Source: a virus (lineage: Duplodnaviria > Caudoviricetes). Taken from it: DNA of 64,000 nt. The position numbers and the translations under genes were made by a program. The stretch covers positions 96,001 to 160,000 of IMG/VR virus record IMGVR_UViG_3300013121_000005. One strand, 5' to 3'. Positions 18,034 to 26,756 of the stretch are shown here, one piece after another; position 1 is the first letter of the stretch, and each line of letters begins with the position of its first letter. Below the pieces are notes generated by a model that saw only the letters and a program-made list of their open reading frames with translations, was not told the origin of the DNA and did not search any database.

Positions 18034-18708
18034 ATGCACACTCTTGTTCGAGCCCGAGACCTTGCCTGGAAGGTAGCTGCTGTTGTTCTTTGGAAGTACA
18101 CGGACGACGACGGCAAGGAGTTCTACCTCCCGGAGAAGAAGACCGGGACGATGAAGAGCCCCTACACGGGTAAGAGCTTCACGGTGAAGCCGGAGAAGTC
18201 GTCCCTCAGTGATGTGAGCAAGGAGCTGAAGGAGGAGGATGCCAAGGTTAAGGGGGCCCTCTTCAAGTACACGGACGACGATGGCAAGGAGTTCTACTTA
18301 CCTCAGCGGGTGACGGGCACGCTCAAGAGCCCTTACACGGGCAAGAGCTTTACGCCTAAGGCGGAGAAGTCGACCCTCAGCGATGTGGGTAAGGAGCTGA
18401 AGCAAGACGCGAAGACGAAGACGGCCACCTCCGAAGAGCAGTGGGAGCTGGCAGCCGAGATCCTTGACAAGGGGGAGGCCCACCCAGCTATTAAGGCTCT
18501 TAAAGTTCAGTACGACAAGATCCTAAGTGGTATCAAAGAGGCTGCTGAACGTTCCGCTAGGATGAAGAGGGTGGGGGTAGGTCGTACTGAGGACCCTACT
18601 CTTGTGCTTGCTCACGTCATGCCTGAGATTAAGGAGCTGGGTGAAACGGCTGAGGTTATCGCTAAGCAGATGATACAGCGATTCAAGCCGAAGAGTCCGG
18701 GTTGGTGA
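18034..18708 (+). CDS. putative internal head protein with two 57-aa repeats
   Basis: KYTDDDGKEFYLP...KSPYTGKSFT.K.EKS.LSDV.KELK x2; GGAG SD; strongly biased codons. Confidence 0.7.
   Translation: MHTLVRARDLAWKVAAVVLWKYTDDDGKEFYLPEKKTGTMKSPYTGKSFTVKPEKSSLSDVSKELKEEDAKVKGALFKYTDDDGKEFYLPQRVTGTLKSPYTGKSFTPKAEKSTLSDVGKELKQDAKTKTATSEEQWELAAEILDKGEAHPAIKALKVQYDKILSGIKEAAERSARMKRVGVGRTEDPTLVLAHVMPEIKELGETAEVIAKQMIQRFKPKSPGW
18091..18420 (+). repeat. 171-bp-period internal duplication
   Basis: units start at 18091 and 18262. Confidence 0.9.
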
Positions 18709-18713
18709 GCCAT

Positions 18714-19430
18714 ATGAAGAACCTTCTCGCATGGAAGAGTAGGTCTGCGTCTGAGATGGCGCCTCCCGCAACTTACCCAGGGATGGCTCCGCTTCCTCCC
18801 TCCAAGGGGGATGCAACCCAAGTTATTTGGCATGACCCTTCCACCTATGACCCTTACTTCCATGGGCCCCCGTATCTACCTGGGGTGCAAGGCCATCTAG
18901 ATCGGACAGCTTCAATGAAGAGCAGTGCAGAATTGGTTGTAGCGGGGCAAGAGCTTCCCGTAGCTTTGACGTTGCTACGGGCTCTTGGTGTTGTGCATCA
19001 AACTCACCACTGGCTTACTAAGGGTCCCAACTACTATGCCGACCATCTCCTGTTCGAGAGGGTTTACAGCCCCCTTGCTGAGGAGATTGATAGCCTTGCT
19101 GAAAGAGCTGTTGGGACTGGCTCTCCTTCAGTCCTTCTGCACCCCGCTATTCAAGCACGAAAGGCAGCAGAGATCGTTGAATCTCTGTGTGATGGGGTAG
19201 ACTATGAGGAAGGTGCAAACACAGAGTCCTATGTGGCTGCCAGCCTAAGAGCTGAACAGTGGTTCGTTTCTTTCATGAAGAAAGTTGCTGAATCAATGAA
19301 GGCATCCGGGACGCTTTCTCGGGGGATGGACAACCTACTTGCTGGCATTGAGGATAAGCACGAAGAGCATATCTATTTGCTTTCGCAACGACACAAGACA
19401 GCCTCTGACCCGTGGAAGATCACTGAGTAG
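18714..19430 (+). CDS. Dps/ferritin-like protein with N-terminal extension
   Basis: HQTHHWLTKGPNYYADHLLFERVY...EIDSLAER is the Dps ferroxidase pattern; C-terminal NLLAGIEDKHEEHIYLL helix. Confidence 0.8.
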   Translation: MKNLLAWKSRSASEMAPPATYPGMAPLPPSKGDATQVIWHDPSTYDPYFHGPPYLPGVQGHLDRTASMKSSAELVVAGQELPVALTLLRALGVVHQTHHWLTKGPNYYADHLLFERVYSPLAEEIDSLAERAVGTGSPSVLLHPAIQARKAAEIVESLCDGVDYEEGANTESYVAASLRAEQWFVSFMKKVAESMKASGTLSRGMDNLLAGIEDKHEEHIYLLSQRHKTASDPWKITE

Positions 19431-19448
19431 CTTGAGTAGTAATACCAG

Positions 19449-20501
19449 ATGAAAAGGAAGATGAGTATGTCAAACGAAGAATCAATGGAGCCTGGTGTTG
19501 GGCTTGATGTCGGGACGATGAACATTGTTTCCGCCCGCCAGGCGGAGGACCGAACTCAAACAAGACGAGTTCGGGACGCTTTTATCGACTTAGACGTTGA
19601 AGCTAAACGATCGCTCCGAATGTCTAAGGTGAGCTACATCGAGAAGGGGGGTCAGCTCATTGTCATTGGGGATAGTGCCCTGGACATGGCCAACCTCTTC
19701 AATCGGGAAGTTCGTCGTCCTCTTGCTAAGGGGCTTATCTCCCCTGGGGAGTTGGATGCTCAAGAAGTTCTATCCTTGATGATTTTTCAGGTTCTTGGCG
19801 AGCCTCTCCGGCATGGGGAGCATTGCTACTACAGTGTTCCTGCTGAGCCTGTTGATGTCCCGGACCAAGATGTGGCCTATCATCGTGAGGTCTTCAAGAG
19901 CATCATAGCTGAGCATGGGTACACCCCTCACCCAATGAATGAGGCTTTGGCAATTATCTACAGCCAGTGCGCTCAGGAGCAATTCTCTGGGTTGGCCATT
20001 TCGTATGGCTCAGGTATGTGCAATGTTGCTCTGTCTTACCAAACGATGATGGGGCTTGACTTTTCAATCTCTCGGGGTGGGGATTGGATTGATCTTCATG
20101 CTGCTAAGGCGTTGGGGTCTACGGCAGCTCGTATGTGCTCCATTAAGGAGAAGGGGGGTTTCAATTTGGCAAGTCCCCCGAGAGGCAATCGGGAGGCAGA
20201 GGCCCTCTCCCTTTATATCCGAAGCCTTATCTCCTACAGTTTGGAGAAGATTGCTGTCCAATTCCGGAAGGATTCAGGGAAGGTGAATCTTCCTACTCCG
20301 ATTCCATTCGTGGTAAGTGGGGGGACTACGAAGGCTGAGGGGTTCATGTCCCTTTTCGAGGAGGAATTCGCTTCAATCAGGAAGAGGGGGTTCCCCATTG
20401 AAATTTCGGAAATTCGTCGGGCTAAGGACCCTATGACAGCCGTTGCAGAAGGTCTTCTGGTTCTTGCTTTGCAAGAGGAAGAAGAGACTCGTGGGGCCTG
20501 A
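19449..20501 (+). CDS. actin-fold ATPase (MreB/FtsA/ParM superfamily)
   Basis: phosphate-1 GLDVGTMN, connect-1 NEALA, phosphate-2 ISYGSGMCN, adenosine VVSGGT, connect-2 DPMTAVAEG. Confidence 0.85.
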   Translation: MKRKMSMSNEESMEPGVGLDVGTMNIVSARQAEDRTQTRRVRDAFIDLDVEAKRSLRMSKVSYIEKGGQLIVIGDSALDMANLFNREVRRPLAKGLISPGELDAQEVLSLMIFQVLGEPLRHGEHCYYSVPAEPVDVPDQDVAYHREVFKSIIAEHGYTPHPMNEALAIIYSQCAQEQFSGLAISYGSGMCNVALSYQTMMGLDFSISRGGDWIDLHAAKALGSTAARMCSIKEKGGFNLASPPRGNREAEALSLYIRSLISYSLEKIAVQFRKDSGKVNLPTPIPFVVSGGTTKAEGFMSLFEEEFASIRKRGFPIEISEIRRAKDPMTAVAEGLLVLALQEEEETRGA

Positions 20502-21694
20502 TGTACTACTACCTGATTTCGTCTCTCAAGCGTCGTTTGATCTTGGAGCTTCAGGATAGCTTCACACGGCACCCTGTTTACAATAAGGCTGTACCCTACA
20601 TACAGAACAAGTATGCATTTGAGGAGAGGCCCCAGTTTGGCATTGTTGTCAAGGGGTCCTCTGCCAACAAGGTTCAACTGTCTAGCGAGAACTTTGTTGG
20701 GACAATTGAGAGTCATATCATGCTCTCCTATATGGAGACTCCTGCTTTCCTTGTTGAGTGGGCAAGGGAGGATTTGGCTAGGGTTCAGGAGAACAATGGG
20801 GTAATGCCAATTGCCCCTGGGGTTTACTACCTTGAGTGCCTGACAGTCCCTACCCATGCGGGGGAGTCGGGTACTTTTGTGGTAGACCCTCTTTTGTCAG
20901 TCGTGGATGAGCCGTTGCTCCTTGTGCGGTCTGGAGTTGAAACGGAAGCTGTTCTTCAAAATTCGCCCGTCGAGCAGACCTTGCGAATTTGGGAAGACCG
21001 GAGGATCCTTCTGACTGAGGGTCAGGATTACTCTGTTGACTACCTTACAAGAAGGGTGACTTTGAAGAGTCGCTTGCCCCCCGGTTCAGTCTTGACGGCT
21101 GACTATAGGTATGCAGCAGATTCCATTGGTCCAGTTGCGTGGAAGTGGAACACTGCTGACTTCAACACTCTACCTGGGGTTGTTTTGGCGTTTGGGAAGC
21201 GAGGTAAGCCTGGGGATAAAATGGCACTTGTAGTCTACGCAGATCGAGTAGACACCGCCCTAGCTTATGGTGGTAGGTCTGACGTCAGTTTCGATCTGGA
21301 TGTTATTGCCACGGACCCTAGTCAAGCGGAGGAGATGGCTGACTTCGCGACAATGGTTCTTTGGGGCGAAAAGCGTTCTCGTCTCTCTGCTGAGGGTGTC
21401 GAAGTTGTTGACGTTTCAATTGGAGGGGAGGCGGAGGAAGCGTACGATGAAACGGCCGACCACTACTACTATACAATTTCATTGTCGGTCCAATTCCAAG
21501 CGGATTGGGAGGTCCATATCCCACTTCCGCTCACAATCAGTAAGGTAGTAGCTGCAACTCGTCAGGCTGAGGAGTCTGTTACTGTGGATCGACGTGGGGG
21601 TGCTTCAAGTCTTATCCCTACTGAAGGCGGCCTGTTCTTCGCTACGACCCCAGTGCTTGTTGGGCGAAACAACTTCTACGAGAGAATCACATGA
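20501..21694 (+). CDS. putative tail terminator/completion protein
   Basis: position before sheath; SFDLDVIATD...EMAD...YYTISLSVQFQADW pattern; EGQDYSVDY..TADYRY insert domain. Confidence 0.55.
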   Translation: MYYYLISSLKRRLILELQDSFTRHPVYNKAVPYIQNKYAFEERPQFGIVVKGSSANKVQLSSENFVGTIESHIMLSYMETPAFLVEWAREDLARVQENNGVMPIAPGVYYLECLTVPTHAGESGTFVVDPLLSVVDEPLLLVRSGVETEAVLQNSPVEQTLRIWEDRRILLTEGQDYSVDYLTRRVTLKSRLPPGSVLTADYRYAADSIGPVAWKWNTADFNTLPGVVLAFGKRGKPGDKMALVVYADRVDTALAYGGRSDVSFDLDVIATDPSQAEEMADFATMVLWGEKRSRLSAEGVEVVDVSIGGEAEEAYDETADHYYYTISLSVQFQADWEVHIPLPLTISKVVAATRQAEESVTVDRRGGASSLIPTEGGLFFATTPVLVGRNNFYERIT

Positions 21695-21715
21695 AGACAG
21701 ATGGAGAGTCCCCCA

Positions 21716-22147
21716 ATGCCGAAGTATGTTTTTGAATGTCAGTTATGTTCGGTTCGTTTTGAGAGGACCTTGAGCATAGGGGAGCACCCAACGCATTCTT
21801 GCCCTAAGTGCAAGGAAGAAGCTCCTCGACTCTTTACTGGTTTCATGTTTGCTTTCGCAGCAGGTGGTTCTTCCCCCGCTAATTCGGGGGTTCATGATCA
21901 TGACTACCCTACAGCGGATAAGATTGTGGGGCGTAGCGCAGTAGAGCGTTGGGAAGAGTATCGAGAACGGGATAAGGTGAAGAGAAAAGTCCGTGAGTTG
22001 GGGGGTACAGAAGCTCTTCTTCGAGTGGATGGGGATGGATTTGTCGAGTATGACGCTATGACCCCAGATGATAAGAAGGTTCGAGAGACGGTTGTGGATT
22101 ATGCTGTCACCATGGAGCACCAACCTAAACTCGACGGGGGTCAATAA
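21716..22147 (+). CDS. FmdB-like zinc-ribbon protein
   Basis: MPKYVFECQLC..RFE......CPKC; GGAG before ATG 21716. Confidence 0.75.
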   Translation: MPKYVFECQLCSVRFERTLSIGEHPTHSCPKCKEEAPRLFTGFMFAFAAGGSSPANSGVHDHDYPTADKIVGRSAVERWEEYRERDKVKRKVRELGGTEALLRVDGDGFVEYDAMTPDDKKVRETVVDYAVTMEHQPKLDGGQ

Positions 22148-22183
22148 AGCATTGTTTTACCCCCTACGGGTAGAAGAGAACCC

Positions 22184-22329
22184 ATCCGGCTTATGGCTCG
22201 GGACTTCGAGGCACCGGATTTAGATGTACTTCAGATCAGACCCAGATAAGCCCCCTTTCGGGGGGAAGCCTTGATAAGTCGTATAGATGCAGACCCAGAT
22301 GCATAAGGCTCTGACCTGAGGAGAATCGG
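22184..22329 (+). promoter_or_regulatory. structured 5' leader of tail sheath with two RRAY arrays
   Basis: stems GGCTTAT/ATAAGCC and AGCCTT/AAGGCT enclose AGATGT/AGACCC/AGATGC arrays; CCCCC/GGGGG hairpin between them. Confidence 0.55.
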
Positions 22330-25300
22330 ATGGCTCTCGGACCGTTTGACCCGTACGTCCCCCCTGGAGTGTACAGCCGTAGTTTGACGGAGGCTAATGT
22401 AGCGTCGTTGATCGCTGGCCTTCGTATCCCAACTCTTATTGGTGTTGGCCAAGAGGAATTGGAGCAGCTTGACCTGGAAATGGTTAGGGGTTCTAGTTCT
22501 ACTTTGGACCAGAAGGTCACCAATGAGGACGTGACGGCTCGTTGGGTGGTGAGTGACGTCAACCCTCAAAACCTTGTCCTTGGGGTTAACAGTGGGGCTT
22601 TGACTCGATTCGTTGTGCGAAACTTCCCCATTGTCGATGGGCAGGGGTTTGGCCGTACAACGAATGATGTTCGGTCCGTGGCTGTCACTGTGGATGGGGT
22701 CCCAGTGGCAGTGGGTGCGGTTCGAGGGGCAACGGGAGAAATCATCCTTCAAGTCCCCCCTCCCCCCGGTGGGGTGGTGCGATGCACCTACTTCTTCCAC
22801 CGTGGGGATACAGCTTTTACGGATGATGTGTCTAGTCAGGTGACTACGACCAATGCGGAGATCACAACCCCTGGGTACGAGACCTTCGCTATCGTATCTG
22901 GCTCCAACGACATTTTCAAGATCAAGGTCAATGGGCTAGAAGCCACGGTGGTTTTTGTGGCTGCTGCGGCGGCTACGGCTTCGTCCCTCAAGACTCAAAT
23001 CGATGCAGCAGCTATCCCTGGGCTTGCAACCTCGGTATTTACTGCTAACAACGGTGCTCTTCAACTGAAGTTCTCAGCCACCACTTCGTTGGAGATTGGG
23101 GATGGTACGGCTAACGGCGTCCTTGGCTTGTCCGCAGGTCAAAAGACTGCACGTAACGTTAGTTTCCGCACCTTCCAGCGTCCCATTGTGGATGGGACCT
23201 CTGGAGGTATTACAACTACGGATACCTCCAAAGTTGTTGTTAAGGTCAATAGCGTACAGGTCATCCCTACCTCGGTAGATGGGACGAATGGCGTTGTAAC
23301 TCTGCCTACAGCCCCGCCCCCTGGGGCTGTTGTCCAGATTACGTACTTTGCCAATACCTGGCAGGATACGTTCGACTATCTCCCAAATACTTTGGTCACC
23401 AATGTGATCCGAGCTGGGATTTCGTCTGGGCGTTCGGATTACATTCAGAATCAGGACTTCGTGATCTCAAATCCGAGTCCAGATGTCTCGATTATCCATT
23501 GGGGCACCAGCTACTCTATTTCGTCAACCTTGCGGTCCCCTGGGGCAGAGCCCTTTGACGACTCACAGATTACCCCTACGCTTGTAGATGACAAGCTTTG
23601 GAATGCTTTGTGTACGAGGTACGTAGACACCTCAGTTACACCAGCAAAGACGTCTTCTACTGAGTTCTTGCTTCCTGCTGTTCCTACTACGGGCAATGGT
23701 CGGGATTCGGTCCTAGGCCAAACACTCTATAGTACGGTAACGAATAGTCGGCAGAGCAGCCTTACAACCTCTCGTCCGGATCTTGTCGTGGTTCGTGTAG
23801 GTCGAACCCTTCGGGATGCTCTTGGGCGCCCAGCAGCCAAGGTGCTTGCGGTGGACGGGCCTAATCGTAAGGTCACATTGAAGGATCCGGTCCCTCCGGA
23901 TTTCAATGCTTATGCGACATTCTACTACAATCGAATCACGGACGACACCTTCATTTTGACCAACAAGACTCCTGGTCCAATTGGGTCTGGGCAGTTTGAG
24001 GTCTTCAGCACCCTGTTCAACACGAACCTGATGCAGGTCCGGTTCGGGGTGAAGGGTGGCGGTCTGGTTGACACGGTTCAGTGGCCACGTGGTGTGGAGC
24101 AGATTCCAGATGCTTTCCATTTTGGGGGCACCCCGGTTTCTGAGACGGTCACGGTGACCTTTGGGACCTCGGCTGCTACAAGTGCCGTGTACACCAATAA
24201 GGGGGCAGGCCCCTGGTCGTTCTACACTCCGTCTTCGGCCACTTGGCGCACCATCGTCAATGGGGTGACAGTTACGACCAGCCTTGCTGTGGCGACAAGG
24301 GGTTACCTTGTCTCGCAGTTGGTGGCTCTTTCGGGTGGTGGTTTGGCTATCACTTTGGGCACCAATGACCAGTTGGAGCTTACAATTGATGGGACCAACA
24401 TTTCGGTAACTCTGCCGAATGGTGTGGCCGTTACCCCTGCGGCAATTGCAACTGCGGTCAACGCAGCGATCGACGCAAACATCGCCTTCTCTGGCACGGC
24501 TCCGAACAATCTGTTCACGCCGGTACCCAGCACGAATGCAACGTACTTTGTCCTACGTAGCTACTCAACCCCAGCGGCGCTTCCTGGGGGGTTTGACCAC
24601 AAGTCTTACGCTTCGATCCGGCAAGGTACTGCGGAAACGACGCTTGGGTTCACGACCTTCCAGCGTGCAGACGGGACTCCTACAGCGGTTAATAAGCCAG
24701 CTACGTTGCTTAGCTCGTTGGCTCAGCCCTACGCTTTTACGAGTGGCGTAGATGATACGTTCAAGGTTCGGATTGATGGTGTTGACTTCACGGTCACCAT
24801 CAACCCAGCCTCGACGACAGCAACCCTTGTAGCTGCGGACATCAATGCCGTCATTGCATCGAAGGGTGTGGCGAGCGTAGGTACGCTCGGCAACTTGAAC
24901 AAGATCCGCATTACGAGCAACTCGAACTCGGACCAGTCGTCGGTGCTCATCCTCAATGGGACGTCAAACCCAATTCTAGGCTTTAGCGAGGGAAGCTTCG
25001 CAAGCCAAACTCGGGTTGGAGTCCAAGAGGTAGTGGATCGGCTCATGGACACCGTGAACTTTGCGGTGACCACGTGGTCTCCCCCAACTCCCCTTGCAAC
25101 GGGCGCAGTGGCGTATCCTTCGACGATTGGCGGGGCCACCTACCTAACAATTGCGTCGGTGGTCGTGGGTACAACGTCTTCGATTGGATTTGCTACAGGA
25201 ACCAACTCGGCTTTCAATGTCCTTACCGGCACTCAGATTACACCTGGGACGGACGGGGATACGGGCGAGGCAGCCTACGACAACTTCGTGGTCACCTCTA

Positions 25301-26619
25301 CGAACCCAATTGGGTCGGCAGGTGTGGGTACCCCTGGGCAAACCTACACGGACGCTCGTACAGGGCTCCGGTTTACGGTTCTCCCTGCATTGGATGGGTC
25401 CTACAATACCAGTGGTTACTTTACACTGGATGTGTCCCCTACCTGGAAGGTGAACCCTTCGGTTTCGTACCTTTCGGTACCTGGTCTGGAGTTGATTGTT
25501 GCGAACACGGTTAACGTGGGAGTCAACGATACAGCTCAACTCCAAACCTTCCACCCGTCTGGGGTGGAACCTCGGAACGGGGACTTCTACTTCGTATCGT
25601 ACCGGTTTTTGAAGCAAGACTACTCGACTCGAATCTATCGTCAATTCAAGACGATCGAGGCGAACTACGGGCGTCTTTCCCCTGAGAATCGGGTTACTTT
25701 TGCAGCCTACCTCGCAATCCTCAACGGGGCTGTTCTTGTTGGGATCAAGCAGGTTCTAAAGGTCCCCAATACGAACCAAGGGAGCGATCAGTCGTTTATC
25801 GACGCGATCGGTAAACTTGCAACTCCCTTGCCGGGTAACATCAAGCCAGACATTCTGGTTCCTTTGGCTACCTCGACCGCAGTTTACTCGTATCTGACTC
25901 AACACTGCGAGGTGATGAGTAATATCCGTAACCAGTCGGAACGAATGGGCTTTATTGGTTTTGCAAGTGGCACTTCTCCAACGAATGCCCAGACGATTGC
26001 CAGGAGCCTTACGAGTCAGCGAGTGGTAGCGTTCTACCCAGATTCGGCAGTCATCACTCTTTCAAATGAAGTAGGTGAGACGTTTGAAGCTCTGGTGGAC
26101 GGTAGCTTCTTTGCAGCAGCGTTCTCGGGAGCTGCTGTAAGCCCCACTCTTGACGTCGCAACTCCTTACACCCGTCGTAGAGTTCAGGGGTTCACTCGTA
26201 TTCCACGCATTCTAGATGTGGTGGATATGAACCAGACAGCAGTGGCTGGGGTCACTCTATTGGAGGATTTGGACCCGATCATTCGAGTCCGTCAAGGTCT
26301 CACGACGAACATGACCTCGATTTTGACTCGCCTTCCAACGGTGACTCAGATTGCGGACCATGTGGGTATCAACTCGCGGTCTGTACTTGACGCCTTTGTG
26401 GGAACCAAGTTCTTGTCGAGTCGCGTAAACGAGGTTGAGGTCTCGATGACCAACCTCTTCAAGCAACTCATTCAACAAGAAATTGTTACTTCCTTCACTG
26501 GAATTTCAGCAGTTACAGATGTTGCGGACCCGACTGTCCTCAGGGCAGAGGCGTACTACCAGCCGATCTTCCCGCTCCTCTATCTGGTCTTGACTTTCAA
26601 CTTGCGAGCAAGAATCTAG
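22330..26619 (+). CDS. contractile tail sheath protein (large, with inserted domains)
   Basis: YVPPGVYSR N-terminus; C-terminal sheath domain (ERMGFIG, IRVRQGLTT, DPTVLRAEAYYQPIFPLLY..LTFNL); GAGGAG SD. Confidence 0.9.
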   Translation: MALGPFDPYVPPGVYSRSLTEANVASLIAGLRIPTLIGVGQEELEQLDLEMVRGSSSTLDQKVTNEDVTARWVVSDVNPQNLVLGVNSGALTRFVVRNFPIVDGQGFGRTTNDVRSVAVTVDGVPVAVGAVRGATGEIILQVPPPPGGVVRCTYFFHRGDTAFTDDVSSQVTTTNAEITTPGYETFAIVSGSNDIFKIKVNGLEATVVFVAAAAATASSLKTQIDAAAIPGLATSVFTANNGALQLKFSATTSLEIGDGTANGVLGLSAGQKTARNVSFRTFQRPIVDGTSGGITTTDTSKVVVKVNSVQVIPTSVDGTNGVVTLPTAPPPGAVVQITYFANTWQDTFDYLPNTLVTNVIRAGISSGRSDYIQNQDFVISNPSPDVSIIHWGTSYSISSTLRSPGAEPFDDSQITPTLVDDKLWNALCTRYVDTSVTPAKTSSTEFLLPAVPTTGNGRDSVLGQTLYSTVTNSRQSSLTTSRPDLVVVRVGRTLRDALGRPAAKVLAVDGPNRKVTLKDPVPPDFNAYATFYYNRITDDTFILTNKTPGPIGSGQFEVFSTLFNTNLMQVRFGVKGGGLVDTVQWPRGVEQIPDAFHFGGTPVSETVTVTFGTSAATSAVYTNKGAGPWSFYTPSSATWRTIVNGVTVTTSLAVATRGYLVSQLVALSGGGLAITLGTNDQLELTIDGTNISVTLPNGVAVTPAAIATAVNAAIDANIAFSGTAPNNLFTPVPSTNATYFVLRSYSTPAALPGGFDHKSYASIRQGTAETTLGFTTFQRADGTPTAVNKPATLLSSLAQPYAFTSGVDDTFKVRIDGVDFTVTINPASTTATLVAADINAVIASKGVASVGTLGNLNKIRITSNSNSDQSSVLILNGTSNPILGFSEGSFASQTRVGVQEVVDRLMDTVNFAVTTWSPPTPLATGAVAYPSTIGGATYLTIASVVVGTTSSIGFATGTNSAFNVLTGTQITPGTDGDTGEAAYDNFVVTSTNPIGSAGVGTPGQTYTDARTGLRFTVLPALDGSYNTSGYFTLDVSPTWKVNPSVSYLSVPGLELIVANTVNVGVNDTAQLQTFHPSGVEPRNGDFYFVSYRFLKQDYSTRIYRQFKTIEANYGRLSPENRVTFAAYLAILNGAVLVGIKQVLKVPNTNQGSDQSFIDAIGKLATPLPGNIKPDILVPLATSTAVYSYLTQHCEVMSNIRNQSERMGFIGFASGTSPTNAQTIARSLTSQRVVAFYPDSAVITLSNEVGETFEALVDGSFFAAAFSGAAVSPTLDVATPYTRRRVQGFTRIPRILDVVDMNQTAVAGVTLLEDLDPIIRVRQGLTTNMTSILTRLPTVTQIADHVGINSRSVLDAFVGTKFLSSRVNEVEVSMTNLFKQLIQQEIVTSFTGISAVTDVADPTVLRAEAYYQPIFPLLYLVLTFNLRARI

Positions 26620-26620
26620 C

Positions 26621-26730
26621 AGGTCAGGAGGGCAAGGGGCATCCAGCCGTGACATAGGTCCGCCGCTAAAGCGGCACCTGTCACGGCTGGTGTGCATTTT
26701 GCCTCAGACCTTGTTCGTCTTGCCCTTTCC
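26621..26730 (+). terminator. long imperfect hairpin after sheath (terminator or processing site)
   Basis: CCAGCCGTGACA/TGTCACGGCTGG core with GCCGC-TAAA-GCGGC tip, extendable to about 90 nt; ATTTT follows the core. Confidence 0.65.
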
Positions 26731-26756
26731 CGCTCCTCGGTTTGAAAGAGAGAAGC

